A stretch of 64,000 nucleotides of DNA from positions 40,868 through 104,867 of the forward strand of contig SPAW01000002.1 of NCBI GenBank assembly GCA_005239465.1, read 5' to 3'. Position numbers and translations under genes: made by a program. Every line of letters starts with the position of its first letter. Position 1 is the stretch's first letter. The DNA comes from Nitrospira sp. (GTDB lineage: Bacteria; Nitrospirota; Nitrospiria; Nitrospirales; Nitrospiraceae). Shown piece by piece: positions 26,422 to 35,486 of the stretch. The notes below the pieces were generated by a model, which was given only the letters and a program-made list of their open reading frames with translations, was not told where the DNA came from and made no database searches.

Positions 26422-29394
26422 ATGCTCACTCAGACTGACGAGCCAGTCATCACCGATGAAGCCCTTCGGCAGCTTCACAAGGAAGTGTCCCTTGCCGCCG
26501 AAGTGATCGCACTGAACTGGCCCATACGCACTTTTATTTCACGCAGTCCCTTGGCTGGATTTGAACATCTGCCGTTCGGGGAAGCAGTCATGCGGGCGCG
26601 GCACCTGTTGGGCGGTGAGGGCTATCTGTCACTGACGGAGTATCGTGCCTGTTGGGCGCGGGGACGGATCGTCCGAGAGGATCTTGAGCAGGCCCTGAGA
26701 GAGATGGGGCCGGAAGCCATCGTAGGTGCTTCCATTCAAGCCGGCAGCAAGCGAATTCAGGCGGAGGAGGTGCTTCTCCTGCACCTGATCCACGGATTTG
26801 ATCCGATTGACGCTGCAACGTGTTCTTGGAGGGCTCTGAATGAGCATGCTCTCGGACGGTTTCAAGAAGCTCGACCGGCAGCGACGCAGGCACGTCTCTT
26901 GGCCGATTCGGACGGGGACCCGTCGGATTCCCATCTTCTCACCGCTCTCTGGGAAGCGATCAATGCGAAGCTGCCGTTGCCCTTAGGCGACGCACCTCGC
27001 AGTTCCACCTCCTTCCGGGAAGCTGATCGACTACCCCTTCAGACCGTCGTGGAGTTGGTTGACCACTTGACCGGCTCGACACTCCTGAAGACCCTCAACG
27101 ACGAAATGATCAAATGGCTGGTCGCCTTTACCGACGAAGGTCTCGGCGACTGGGCCATGCCCAGTCGCCACTCTGGGTTTTACGGCGCATGGCGCACTCT
27201 CGCTCGACATGACACCTCCGGTTGGTTTCTCGGGATAGAGAATTTCTCGAAGAAGCTGCAGGTCTTGCCCGATCGGGCAGAGGTTGCATTGATTCAATTG
27301 CTCCAGCGCCTTGACGTTCCAGGACAGCAGCGCATTGACTACTGCTCCAGACACCTGGCCCATCTCCACGGATGGAGTGGATACATTCGCTGGAAAGGTC
27401 AGCAGCCCGACCAGCACTACTCCATCGACCTGGTTCAATACCTTGCGGTGCGGCTCTTTTACGAAGTGGAGCTGGCCTCTTCGACCTGTTTGGCTTCGCT
27501 TGATGGGCAAGCCACGTTCCCCCAACTGCACGCCTCGCTGCTCAGACGCTCTGGTGACTCAGGTGGGCCCCACACGACGCGCGAGACCGATTCCGATTGT
27601 ACGTTAGGAGATGCATGGCGGCTCTTTCTATTGGCGCAGCAGCTTGGGCTCACCCCACGGGACATCCGTACGCTTCGCGGCGGCGACGCTCGAACTCTCC
27701 TAGGATGGCTCGACTCGATGCCAACCGAAACTCATCACCCCGTATGGCAGGAGGCCTACGAGCGTCGGTACCGCCGGGACCTGCTTAGCCGATTACATCA
27801 TCCTCTCTCCGATGAGACTTCTGTTCCCTTACAGAGCCATCCCCTGGCCCAGGCCGTCTTTTGCATCGATGTTCGTTCCGAACCATTCCGGCGGCATCTC
27901 GAAGCACAGGGCACATACGACACGATCGGCTTCGCCGGGTTCTTCGGGGTCCCGCTCTGTTATCGAGGCCTCCATCACGAAGAAGATCTGTCCCTCTGTC
28001 CGGTCTTGATCAAGCCCAAAGTCTCCGTCCGCGAGACACCGCGATCCGATCGACCCGTTGCATCCGAAGCCCACCTCCGTGGGAGCTACTGGCACGAAAT
28101 CGGCGAACACTTATTCCATCGGCTGAAGGCGAACCCGCTCAGCTCCTACATGCTGATCGATGTGACGGGCGCGCTGTTTGTTTTCGCCCTGGCCGGAAAG
28201 ACCGTCCTGCTATCCTTTTATAACCGTATGATGTCTCGGCTACGGCGGTGGTTCATCCCGACAGTGCCTACGATCATTCTTACCGAGAAGCAACGCCCGG
28301 CTTCCTCCGAGCTTCAGACTCAGCACAAAGAGGCGGGATTGCCCCACGGGTTCGCAGCGGACGAACAGGCTATGGTAGTTGAAAACTCGCTCCGATTGAT
28401 GGGGCTGACAAGAAACTTTGCCCGACTGGTTCTGCTATGCGGACACGGCAGTGCAACTGCGAACAATCCCTATGCTTCCGCCTATGACTGTGGAGCCTGC
28501 GGCGGAAACCACGGCGGTCCCAATGCCCGTGTCCTGGCCCGCCTGGCGAACGGTTCGGGGACTCGTGCCGCGCTGCGGGCTCACGGAATCGCTATCCCGG
28601 ATGACACCAGGTTCTTAGCAGCCGAACACAACACGACCACCGACCGGGTGACTTTCTTTGACCTGGAAGATCTGCCTTCGTCGTATCGCGAAGAATGGCA
28701 GCAGCTCGCGCGGGATCTCGAACGGGCTGGGACTGCAACTGCGGCGGAGCGGTGTGGACGGATTCCAGGTGCTTCCCGCTTTGCGACAACCGACCTCGCC
28801 ACCGGTCATGTCGGGGTTCGCAGCCTCGATTGGGCGCAGACCAGACCGGAATGGGGTCTCTCCGGCAATGCGGCCTTTATCATCGGGCGGCGGGCTTTGA
28901 CCCGGGACGTGACCCTGGACGGGCGAGTCTTCCTTCACAGTTACGATTCGGCGGCGGACGAGTCAGGCAAAGTCTTGGAGACGATCATGACCGCGCCACT
29001 GGTCGTGGCCGTGTGGATTAATCTTCAATATTATTTCTCGGCGGTCGATAGCTGGACCTATGGGAGCGGAAGCAAGGTTCTGCACAATGTCGTAGGCGGC
29101 ATCGGTGTGATGCTGGGCCGTCACAGCGATCTGCAGACCGGCCTCCCCCTGCAAAGCGTCAAGGACGGGGCTCGACTCTATCACGAGCCCATGCGGCTGC
29201 TCGCGATCATCGAGGCGACAACCGAGCGGCTGTCCCAGATCATCAGCGGTCATCAAATCTTGCAACAGTTTTTTGATCATCGATGGGTCCACCTGGTAGC
29301 CATGAATCCTGGGACCTGGGACCTGCAGGAATATCGACCGGGCGGCCAGTGGTGCACGGTGACGGTGCGGGCTTCTCGTGAGGAAGCGCAGTGA
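26422..29394 (+). CDS. dabA: DUF2309 / DabA-family protein (carbonic-anhydrase-like subunit of DAB/Mps inorganic-carbon pumps)
   Basis: ~990 aa. Family blocks include WPIRTFISRSPLAGFEHLPF, FCIDVRSEPFRRHLE, CGHGSATANNPYASAYDCGACGGNHG and LTRPEWGL-like RPEWGLSGNAAFIIG. ATG 26422 is preceded by AGGAGAGGA. The track N-extension covers the leader hairpins. Confidence 0.85.
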   Translation: MLTQTDEPVITDEALRQLHKEVSLAAEVIALNWPIRTFISRSPLAGFEHLPFGEAVMRARHLLGGEGYLSLTEYRACWARGRIVREDLEQALREMGPEAIVGASIQAGSKRIQAEEVLLLHLIHGFDPIDAATCSWRALNEHALGRFQEARPAATQARLLADSDGDPSDSHLLTALWEAINAKLPLPLGDAPRSSTSFREADRLPLQTVVELVDHLTGSTLLKTLNDEMIKWLVAFTDEGLGDWAMPSRHSGFYGAWRTLARHDTSGWFLGIENFSKKLQVLPDRAEVALIQLLQRLDVPGQQRIDYCSRHLAHLHGWSGYIRWKGQQPDQHYSIDLVQYLAVRLFYEVELASSTCLASLDGQATFPQLHASLLRRSGDSGGPHTTRETDSDCTLGDAWRLFLLAQQLGLTPRDIRTLRGGDARTLLGWLDSMPTETHHPVWQEAYERRYRRDLLSRLHHPLSDETSVPLQSHPLAQAVFCIDVRSEPFRRHLEAQGTYDTIGFAGFFGVPLCYRGLHHEEDLSLCPVLIKPKVSVRETPRSDRPVASEAHLRGSYWHEIGEHLFHRLKANPLSSYMLIDVTGALFVFALAGKTVLLSFYNRMMSRLRRWFIPTVPTIILTEKQRPASSELQTQHKEAGLPHGFAADEQAMVVENSLRLMGLTRNFARLVLLCGHGSATANNPYASAYDCGACGGNHGGPNARVLARLANGSGTRAALRAHGIAIPDDTRFLAAEHNTTTDRVTFFDLEDLPSSYREEWQQLARDLERAGTATAAERCGRIPGASRFATTDLATGHVGVRSLDWAQTRPEWGLSGNAAFIIGRRALTRDVTLDGRVFLHSYDSAADESGKVLETIMTAPLVVAVWINLQYYFSAVDSWTYGSGSKVLHNVVGGIGVMLGRHSDLQTGLPLQSVKDGARLYHEPMRLLAIIEATTERLSQIISGHQILQQFFDHRWVHLVAMNPGTWDLQEYRPGGQWCTVTVRASREEAQ

Positions 29395-29882
29395 CGAAGA
29401 TTCCTCGACTGCTCAAGAAGACAGTCGCCTATTGGATCATCTGGTTGTTCGTGGTGGGACAAATGACCCTGTACGTCGTCCTGCTTGGCATGCTCTGCTC
29501 GTTCATTGTTGCGTGGATTGATCTCCACCGCTCCCCCCCACCTGCTCGATCCTTTCCCTGGGTCAGGCTCTTTCTGTATGTGCCCTGGCTTGTCGTGCAG
29601 GTGGTGAAAAGTGGGCTACACATGACGCGTCTGATTCTCCACCCCAAATTGCCGATCGACCCACAGATCATTCCCTACAAACCCCGGCTTCGGGATCCTG
29701 CCGGTCTTGTGCTGTTGGGGAATTCGATTACCTTAACGCCTGGCACGATCACGGTGGAGATTGCCCCCGATGAACTGCTGGTCCATGCCATCGATTCCCG
29801 TTCAGGAGAGGATATCGTGAACGGAACGATGGAATGCCGGGTTGCGCAGATCTTCGAACGCGACCTTCACGGAGGGCGATGA
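29391..29882 (+). CDS. mrpE: Mrp/Mnh antiporter subunit E-like (MbhA-like)
   Basis: NSITLTPGTITVEIAPDELLVHAID is the MnhE C-terminal signature. The GTG start overlaps the dabA stop (GTGA). Confidence 0.8.
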   Translation: MTKIPRLLKKTVAYWIIWLFVVGQMTLYVVLLGMLCSFIVAWIDLHRSPPPARSFPWVRLFLYVPWLVVQVVKSGLHMTRLILHPKLPIDPQIIPYKPRLRDPAGLVLLGNSITLTPGTITVEIAPDELLVHAIDSRSGEDIVNGTMECRVAQIFERDLHGGR

Positions 29883-30145
29883 GCGAGTTTTTATACAGCA
29901 CGATGACTGTTCTCGCGATACTCATCCTCGTGTATCTATACCGGGTGATTGCGGGCCCGACGGTCTTCGACCGGTTGCTCGGCCTTAACGGTATCTCCAC
30001 GAAGGCGATCCTCTTAGTGGTGGTTATCGGTACGATCTATGGGCGCGTCGACATGTTCGTGGACATCTCGACGGGCTATGCGTTGCTGAACTTGGTGAGC
30101 GCCCTGGCCGTCACGAAATACTTTGAACATCGAAGGTCTGTCTAG
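29879..30145 (+). CDS. mrpF: Mrp subunit F-like (MbhB-like)
   Basis: YRVIAGPTVFDRLLGLNGISTK motif. ATGA overlap with mrpE. Confidence 0.8.
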   Translation: MSEFLYSTMTVLAILILVYLYRVIAGPTVFDRLLGLNGISTKAILLVVVIGTIYGRVDMFVDISTGYALLNLVSALAVTKYFEHRRSV

Positions 30146-30442
30146 ATGACTATCCTGGTCTGGGCTTGTGTTGCCGTGGGGCTGTTCTTCTTGGCCGTCG
30201 CAGCCGTAGGAATGCTCCGACTGCCCGATGTGTATACTCGCTCGCACGCGCTCGGCGTGACCGATACCTTGGGTGCGTCGCTGGTCCTGATCGGCCTTGC
30301 GTTTCACCAAGGGTTCACGCTCACGGCAGGAAGAATTCTGGTCATCCTGTTGTTGCTCTTGTTCCTCAACCCGGTCATTTCCCATGCGACGGTCCGAGCC
30401 GCGCTTCGCGTCGGTCTTAAGCCATGGACGAAGGAGCCTTGA
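30146..30442 (+). CDS. mrpG: Mrp subunit G-like (MbhC-like)
   Basis: GMLRLPDVYTRSHALGVTDTLG motif. The start abuts the mrpF stop. Confidence 0.8.
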   Translation: MTILVWACVAVGLFFLAVAAVGMLRLPDVYTRSHALGVTDTLGASLVLIGLAFHQGFTLTAGRILVILLLLLFLNPVISHATVRAALRVGLKPWTKEP

Positions 30443-30972
30443 TGCAGATCTGGGGCGATCTGCCGCTACTCATCCTGCTCTTGGTCACTGCCCTTGGTGC
30501 CGTTATAGTGAGGGACCTGATCGGCGCGGTGCTTATTCTTGGGTCCTACAGCTTCTTTCTCGCCCTGTGCTGGGCCTGGATGGGATCTCCCGATGTGGCC
30601 TTTACCGAAGCAGTGGTGGGATCCGGCATGTCGACCGTGCTGTTCTTGTTTGCCCTGTTTCAAACGGTCCCCCAGGAGGATCCGTCGAGCCATCGAGATA
30701 CGCCCTGGTTTGTCGCGCTCGGGCTCGGGGTCTTAGGCCTGCTCTTGCTGTATGGCGCAATCGACCTGCCACGCTTCGGCGATATCGCAGCACCAGCCAA
30801 CGCGTATCTCTCTCCAACCTATATACAACAGAGCCTTGAGCAGATGAACACGCCGAATATCGTGACCGCAATCCTGATGGACTACCGAAGCCTCGATACG
30901 CTGATCGAGACCGCGGTGGTCTTCACGGCCGGCGTGGCCTGCGCGCTTCTCTTGCGGAGGCACGATTCATGA
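30442..30972 (+). CDS. DUF4040 + MnhB-N domain protein (MrpA C-terminal / MbhD-E equivalent)
   Basis: GSPDVAFTEAVVGSGMSTVLFL matches DUF4040 and NIVTAILMDYRSLDTLIETAVVFTAG matches MnhB. AAGGAG lies 6 nt before ATG 30442, which shares one nt with the mrpG stop. Confidence 0.75.
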   Translation: MQIWGDLPLLILLLVTALGAVIVRDLIGAVLILGSYSFFLALCWAWMGSPDVAFTEAVVGSGMSTVLFLFALFQTVPQEDPSSHRDTPWFVALGLGVLGLLLLYGAIDLPRFGDIAAPANAYLSPTYIQQSLEQMNTPNIVTAILMDYRSLDTLIETAVVFTAGVACALLLRRHDS

Positions 30973-31415
30973 TCGCGGCCCACGACAGTCTGATTGTACA
31001 CATGATCACCCGAGTGCTTCTGCCCGTCATCCAGCTTTACGGGATCTATGTCCTGTTCTTCGGTCAATACGGCCCGGGAGGGGGATTCGTGGGCGGAGTC
31101 ATCTTTGGAGCAAGCTTAATCCTCACACTGCTCGTCTTCGGGGCCAGGTCGAACGAGAACTATCTCGCTAAGCGGGCACTCCGTGCCGACGGACTTGGCC
31201 TCATCATCTATGCCGGCATTGGTGGGCTTTGCATGATCTTCGCGGGACAGTTCCTCAATTATTCCGCCGTCCCGCTACCAGGGTTCGACCCGCCAGCAAC
31301 GCGATCGCTAGGGATTCTTGGCACCATGATCGGGGTGGCGGTCGACATCGCTGTGACGTCAATCTCGATCGTTGACAGTCTCTCTTTTGCCGACGAGGAG
31401 GGGCGCCTTGTTTGA
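30969..31415 (+). CDS. mrpB: Mrp subunit B-like (MbhF-like)
   Basis: QYGPGGGFVGGVIFGASLIL motif and 4 TM segments. ATGA overlap upstream. Confidence 0.75.
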   Translation: MIAAHDSLIVHMITRVLLPVIQLYGIYVLFFGQYGPGGGFVGGVIFGASLILTLLVFGARSNENYLAKRALRADGLGLIIYAGIGGLCMIFAGQFLNYSAVPLPGFDPPATRSLGILGTMIGVAVDIAVTSISIVDSLSFADEEGRLV

Positions 31416-31773
31416 GAACCTTCTCTCTCCCAACTTCACGACCTTCATCACCCTGTTTATTTTTGGTCTGACGATCATGGTGACCCACCACAATCTCATC
31501 AAGAAGTTGATCGGCATGTACCTTGTCCAGACCAGCATCATTTTTTTCCTCGTGACCATCGGCGCCAAATCCGGCAGCACCGTGCCCATTCTCCTCTCGG
31601 CAGCAGGCCCGATCGAGCCCCATGTCTATGCGAATCCCCTTCCCCACGCCTTGGTGGTGACGGCGATTGTCGTTGGGGTCTCAACGTTGGGCGTCTCGCT
31701 CGGGCTCACCATCGCTATTTTTCGACGCTACGGCTCACTCGAAGAGGATGAAATCCTCAAGAGGTTGGAATGA
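31408..31773 (+). CDS. mrpC: Mrp subunit C-like (NuoK-fold, MbhG-like)
   Basis: FITLFIFGLTIMVTHHNLIKKLIGMYLVQTSIIFFLV...PHALVVTAIVVGVS. TTG 31408 is 5 nt after GAGGAGGGG. The track start at 31372 is also a TTG. Confidence 0.7.
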   Translation: MFENLLSPNFTTFITLFIFGLTIMVTHHNLIKKLIGMYLVQTSIIFFLVTIGAKSGSTVPILLSAAGPIEPHVYANPLPHALVVTAIVVGVSTLGVSLGLTIAIFRRYGSLEEDEILKRLE

Positions 31774-33248
31774 CTAGCCAGGCGGTGTGCTTGATATTCC
31801 TCCTGCCCTTTTCAGCCGCCGTCGCGATGCCGATGCTGGGAGCCTGGCGTCGCAGTTGGTGCCGGCCCTTAGCGCTCTCGGCTGTGGGGCTCATGGCGCT
31901 GTTTGCTTTTTCCGCCTGCTACGACGTTCTTACACAGGGTCCGGTTCGATACGCGCTGGGCGGGTGGGATCCGCCGGTCGGCATCGTCTTGGTCCTCGAT
32001 GGATTGAGCGGCCTCCTCGCGGTGGCCTTGAGTCTCGTGAGCCTAGCCTGCTTGTTCTTCGGTGGTCCTGCGCTGCCCAAGGATCTCGGCTCGAAGGTGG
32101 TACCGTACCACACGCTGGTTCTGCTGATGATTTCTGCCCTTGCCGGAGTCACGCTGAGCGGTGACCTATTCAACCTCTTCGTCTTTCTCGAAGTCAGTGC
32201 GCTTTGCGCCTATGCGCTGGTCGGGCTGAGCGGAGGCCGAGCCCTTATTGCCGCATTCCGGTACCTCATCCTGGGGACGATCGGCGCGTCGTTCTATCTC
32301 CTCGGAGTTGGATACTTCTACGCTGCCACCGGCACGCTCAATATGGAGGATTTTCTCAACCGGTTGCCCGACGCGCTTCATTCTAAGGCCGTGCTGACCG
32401 GCCTGACTTTTATCCTTCTCGGATTGGCCATCAAGGCTGCGATGGTGCCTTTTCATGGATGGTTACCGGATGCCTACGCTCATGCGCCGGACGCGGTGGT
32501 GCCATTACTGGCCTCGTTGGTTACCAAGGTGTCACTGTACGCCATGACCAGGATTACATTTTGGGTGCTGGGTGCCAGCACCCTCACCTATGAGTTCCCC
32601 CTCCTGTTTTTACTCAGTATGGGCGGTACAGTTGGGGCGGTTGTCGGGGCCTTTTTAGCTCTCACTCAGCAGGATCTCCGCCGCATGTTCGCGTACGGCG
32701 GGATTTCCCACGTCGGCTTGATCGTGATCGGCATCACGGCCGGCAACCAAACTGGCTTTTCTGGCGGCGTGTTTTATTTGGCGAATGATGCAGTCATGCA
32801 AGCGACGCTCTTCTTCATCGCTGGGATCATCATGTATCGGTGTGGGGCAAGGGACCTGAATCAGTTGGGCCATCTGGGGTCGCAGATGCCCTGGACCTCG
32901 GCTGCGCTGATCGTGACGGCGCTCTCGATGATCGGCATCCCGCCGACCGGGGGTTTCTTTGGAAAGTGGTACATGGTCTTGGGTGCATTGGAGGCGAAGA
33001 ATTATCTGGCGGTCGCCGCAATCCTGTCGTCCACGCTCCTCACGCTGGCCTACTTTGTCCGCATTATCGAGCGAATGTTCGGCGAGAAGCCGTCTAATGC
33101 ATCGGCCGCCCAGCTCGCATCTGAGGAACCGGTGGAAATGCGTGTCAGCATGGGAGCGCTGGCGGCCAGTATTATTCTTCTCGGTCTATTCAGCGATCGG
33201 ATCGTGGGATTGATTCTCCGGTCGGCGGTACCGCCGGGGCTTGGATAG
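31770..33248 (+). CDS. mrpD: Mrp subunit D-like antiporter-type subunit (NuoN/M fold, MbhH-like)
   Basis: 492-aa polytopic protein with the proton-antiporter core (FLEVSALCAYALVG...AIKAAMVPFHGWLPDAYAHAP...AYGGISHVG). ATGA overlap with mrpC. Confidence 0.8.
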   Translation: MTSQAVCLIFLLPFSAAVAMPMLGAWRRSWCRPLALSAVGLMALFAFSACYDVLTQGPVRYALGGWDPPVGIVLVLDGLSGLLAVALSLVSLACLFFGGPALPKDLGSKVVPYHTLVLLMISALAGVTLSGDLFNLFVFLEVSALCAYALVGLSGGRALIAAFRYLILGTIGASFYLLGVGYFYAATGTLNMEDFLNRLPDALHSKAVLTGLTFILLGLAIKAAMVPFHGWLPDAYAHAPDAVVPLLASLVTKVSLYAMTRITFWVLGASTLTYEFPLLFLLSMGGTVGAVVGAFLALTQQDLRRMFAYGGISHVGLIVIGITAGNQTGFSGGVFYLANDAVMQATLFFIAGIIMYRCGARDLNQLGHLGSQMPWTSAALIVTALSMIGIPPTGGFFGKWYMVLGALEAKNYLAVAAILSSTLLTLAYFVRIIERMFGEKPSNASAAQLASEEPVEMRVSMGALAASIILLGLFSDRIVGLILRSAVPPGLG

Positions 33249-33295
33249 AAAAGAGGTTTGCTATGAGTCTGGCCTGCCTGCAAGGAGCTTGACGC

Positions 33296-35467
33296 ATGTG
33301 GATCGCGCTCATACCGGCAAGTCCAGTCATCGCCTTCCTGGTAATTGCACTAGGAGGCCGTTGGCTTGGTGAGCGAAGCCACCTTATCGGCATCGTCGCC
33401 GTGACGACCTCCTTCGCCCTCAGCATCCTCGCCACCATTCTCGTCGTCACAAGCGGCCCGATCGCTTTGCCCTTGTACAAGTTGATCCAGTCCGGCCCAT
33501 TGACTGTCGAAATCGGCCTCTACGCAGACGGGTTTGCCATGGCCTTGCTCCTGCTCGTGAGCGGTGTCAGCGCCATTGTCCATGTCTTCTCGTCACGGTA
33601 CATGCAAGGCGATCCTCGATATGTTCGTTTCTTCGCCGTCATCGCGCTGTTCACCTCCGCCATGCTTCTGCTGGTCCTGAGCGCCAACCTGATGATGCTG
33701 TACATGTGTTGGGAAGTAATGGGCCTCTGTTCTTACCTACTGATCTCCCACTGGGCCGAGCGTCGTTCAGCCTGTCAGGCGGCGACCAAGGCCTATCTCG
33801 TCAACGCGGTAGCCGACCTCGGGCTCGGGCTCGGGGTGATCCTAACCTGGTCGACCTTTGACACGCTCGACATTCAAACGATTCTGTCCCGCGCGCCGGA
33901 GGTCGTGCCCAAGACAGTCAATGTCCTCTCGCTCGTTGGCCTGGAATGGTCCGTTCCGGTGCTGTTCCTGATTTCGTCCCTCCTGTTCGCCGGAGCCGTT
34001 GGCAAGTCGGCACAGTTTCCGCTCCACGTGTGGTTACCCTTCGCGATGGAGGCCCCCACTCCCGTTTCTGCTTTGATCCATGCAGCGACGATGGTCAACG
34101 CTGGCGTCTATCTGTTGGTTCGTCTCGCGCCGCTGTATGTCCTTTCCCCCGGGGCAATGGTGCTGGTCGCACTGACCGGAGGACTCACCGCGCTGTTCGC
34201 CGGGATCGTCGGCCTGACGCAATGCGACATCAAACGGATCCTCGCCTACTCGACGATCAGCCAGCTTGGCTTCATGATCATGGCCTGCGGCGTCGGCGCC
34301 TTCCGCGCTGCGACGTTCCATCTCATTTCCCATGGAGCACTCAAAGCCTATCTCTTCCTTTCGACGGGAAGTGCAGTCGCGGCAGTCATGCGGACCAAGT
34401 CCCATCACCCTGCCGTACCTAGGTCGGGCCCATGCAGCGACGCATGGCCTCTCTATTGCGGGAGCTTTCTGCTCGCCCTGCTGCCGTCGGTTTTCCTGTT
34501 CTCGGCGCCGTTCTCCGCGCTTTGGACCTCAACAGGCCAGGCACCGGCCGCTGGCCTATATTTAATGCTCGCCTCTGCTGCCTCGTTCTTTGCAGCCTAT
34601 TATCTCTCTCGGCTGGTACTCGAAACATTCCAGAAACCCATCCCGCTCGTGTGGAAGCAGGCGTTGCCCGCCTCGTTGGCTCGCCCTCGGTTTTTTACAG
34701 CCTCTCTGATCCTTGGGTTCATTCCTCTTGTAGTGGGACTCGCGGTTCTTTTGGCCTTCCTCTGGACGGCCTTTACTCACATCCTCGTCCCGGGTGGTGT
34801 GCAAAGGCTTCCGGCATTGGATAACCTGATTCGAAGTGCCTTCGACCTCGAGCACTTGATCATGCCTTTGCTCGTCGCAACAGCAGGCTGGGGTTTGGCT
34901 CTTACTGTGCATGGACGACCCTGGCCGAGGCCATCCTGGGTCACCGCTGCCCTTGACCGTCTGTACGTGTATTTCATGAACCGTGGCTATATTGACGAAT
35001 TCTACGAGGTCTTCGTCGTGCGGCCCACGCTGCGCGCCGCCCGATGGGTATGGATCTCCGGCGATGTTATGGTGATCGACGGAATGTACCGGGCTGTGGC
35101 CACCTTTTCACTGGCCTTGTCTCGGTGGCTGTGGCAGGTAGTCGATGTACGCGGGATCGATCGTGGGGTAGTTGGCTTCGGGACCTCGTCCTTGACCCTT
35201 GCCCGCTGGTTGTGGCGGGTGATCGACGTGCGGGGTATCGACCGGGCCGTGACCGACCTCGGGGCTTCGTCATTCACGACTGCCCGATGGCTGTGGAAGG
35301 TCGACGTGCGGGGAATCGAGAGGGTTGCAGAAGAAGTCGGCCGCCAAAGCGACGCCACTGGACAAAGGCTGGCGAGACTCGAGCCCAGGACGCTTCAACA
35401 CCATATTCTTGTCGTGATCACCTGGTTGGTGCTCGGACTGACGCTCTTCTATTGGTTCGCTCCGTGA
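33296..35467 (+). CDS. NuoL/MrpA/DabB-like antiporter-type subunit with extended, internally repeated C-terminal region
   Basis: FSSRYMQGDPRYVRFFAVIALFTSAMLLLV...MLYMCWEVMGLCSYLLISHW...GKSAQFPLHVWLPFAMEAPTPVSALIHAATMVNAGVYL is the NuoL core. The C-terminus has YIDEFYEVFVVRP followed by the repeated RWLW..DVRGIDR units and a final TM. Confidence 0.85.
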   Translation: MWIALIPASPVIAFLVIALGGRWLGERSHLIGIVAVTTSFALSILATILVVTSGPIALPLYKLIQSGPLTVEIGLYADGFAMALLLLVSGVSAIVHVFSSRYMQGDPRYVRFFAVIALFTSAMLLLVLSANLMMLYMCWEVMGLCSYLLISHWAERRSACQAATKAYLVNAVADLGLGLGVILTWSTFDTLDIQTILSRAPEVVPKTVNVLSLVGLEWSVPVLFLISSLLFAGAVGKSAQFPLHVWLPFAMEAPTPVSALIHAATMVNAGVYLLVRLAPLYVLSPGAMVLVALTGGLTALFAGIVGLTQCDIKRILAYSTISQLGFMIMACGVGAFRAATFHLISHGALKAYLFLSTGSAVAAVMRTKSHHPAVPRSGPCSDAWPLYCGSFLLALLPSVFLFSAPFSALWTSTGQAPAAGLYLMLASAASFFAAYYLSRLVLETFQKPIPLVWKQALPASLARPRFFTASLILGFIPLVVGLAVLLAFLWTAFTHILVPGGVQRLPALDNLIRSAFDLEHLIMPLLVATAGWGLALTVHGRPWPRPSWVTAALDRLYVYFMNRGYIDEFYEVFVVRPTLRAARWVWISGDVMVIDGMYRAVATFSLALSRWLWQVVDVRGIDRGVVGFGTSSLTLARWLWRVIDVRGIDRAVTDLGASSFTTARWLWKVDVRGIERVAEEVGRQSDATGQRLARLEPRTLQHHILVVITWLVLGLTLFYWFAP
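35042..35340 (+). repeat. In-frame 81-bp (27-codon) tandem repeat, about 3.5 units, inside the NuoL-like gene
   Basis: Units start at 35042, 35123, 35204 and 35285. They read RWVWISGDVMVIDGMYRAVATFSLALS / RWLWQVVDVRGIDRGVVGFGTSSLTLA / RWLWRVIDVRGIDRAVTDLGASSFTTA / RWLWKV-DVRGIERVAEEV.... Confidence 0.9.
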
Positions 35468-35486
35468 TCTCCATCAGGAGCCACGT

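Noticed and set aside
35042-35340. Possibility that the regular 81-bp repeats are a CRISPR-like or non-coding array
   Set aside because: There are no unique spacers between units. The units are in frame and embedded in an uninterrupted NuoL-like ORF.
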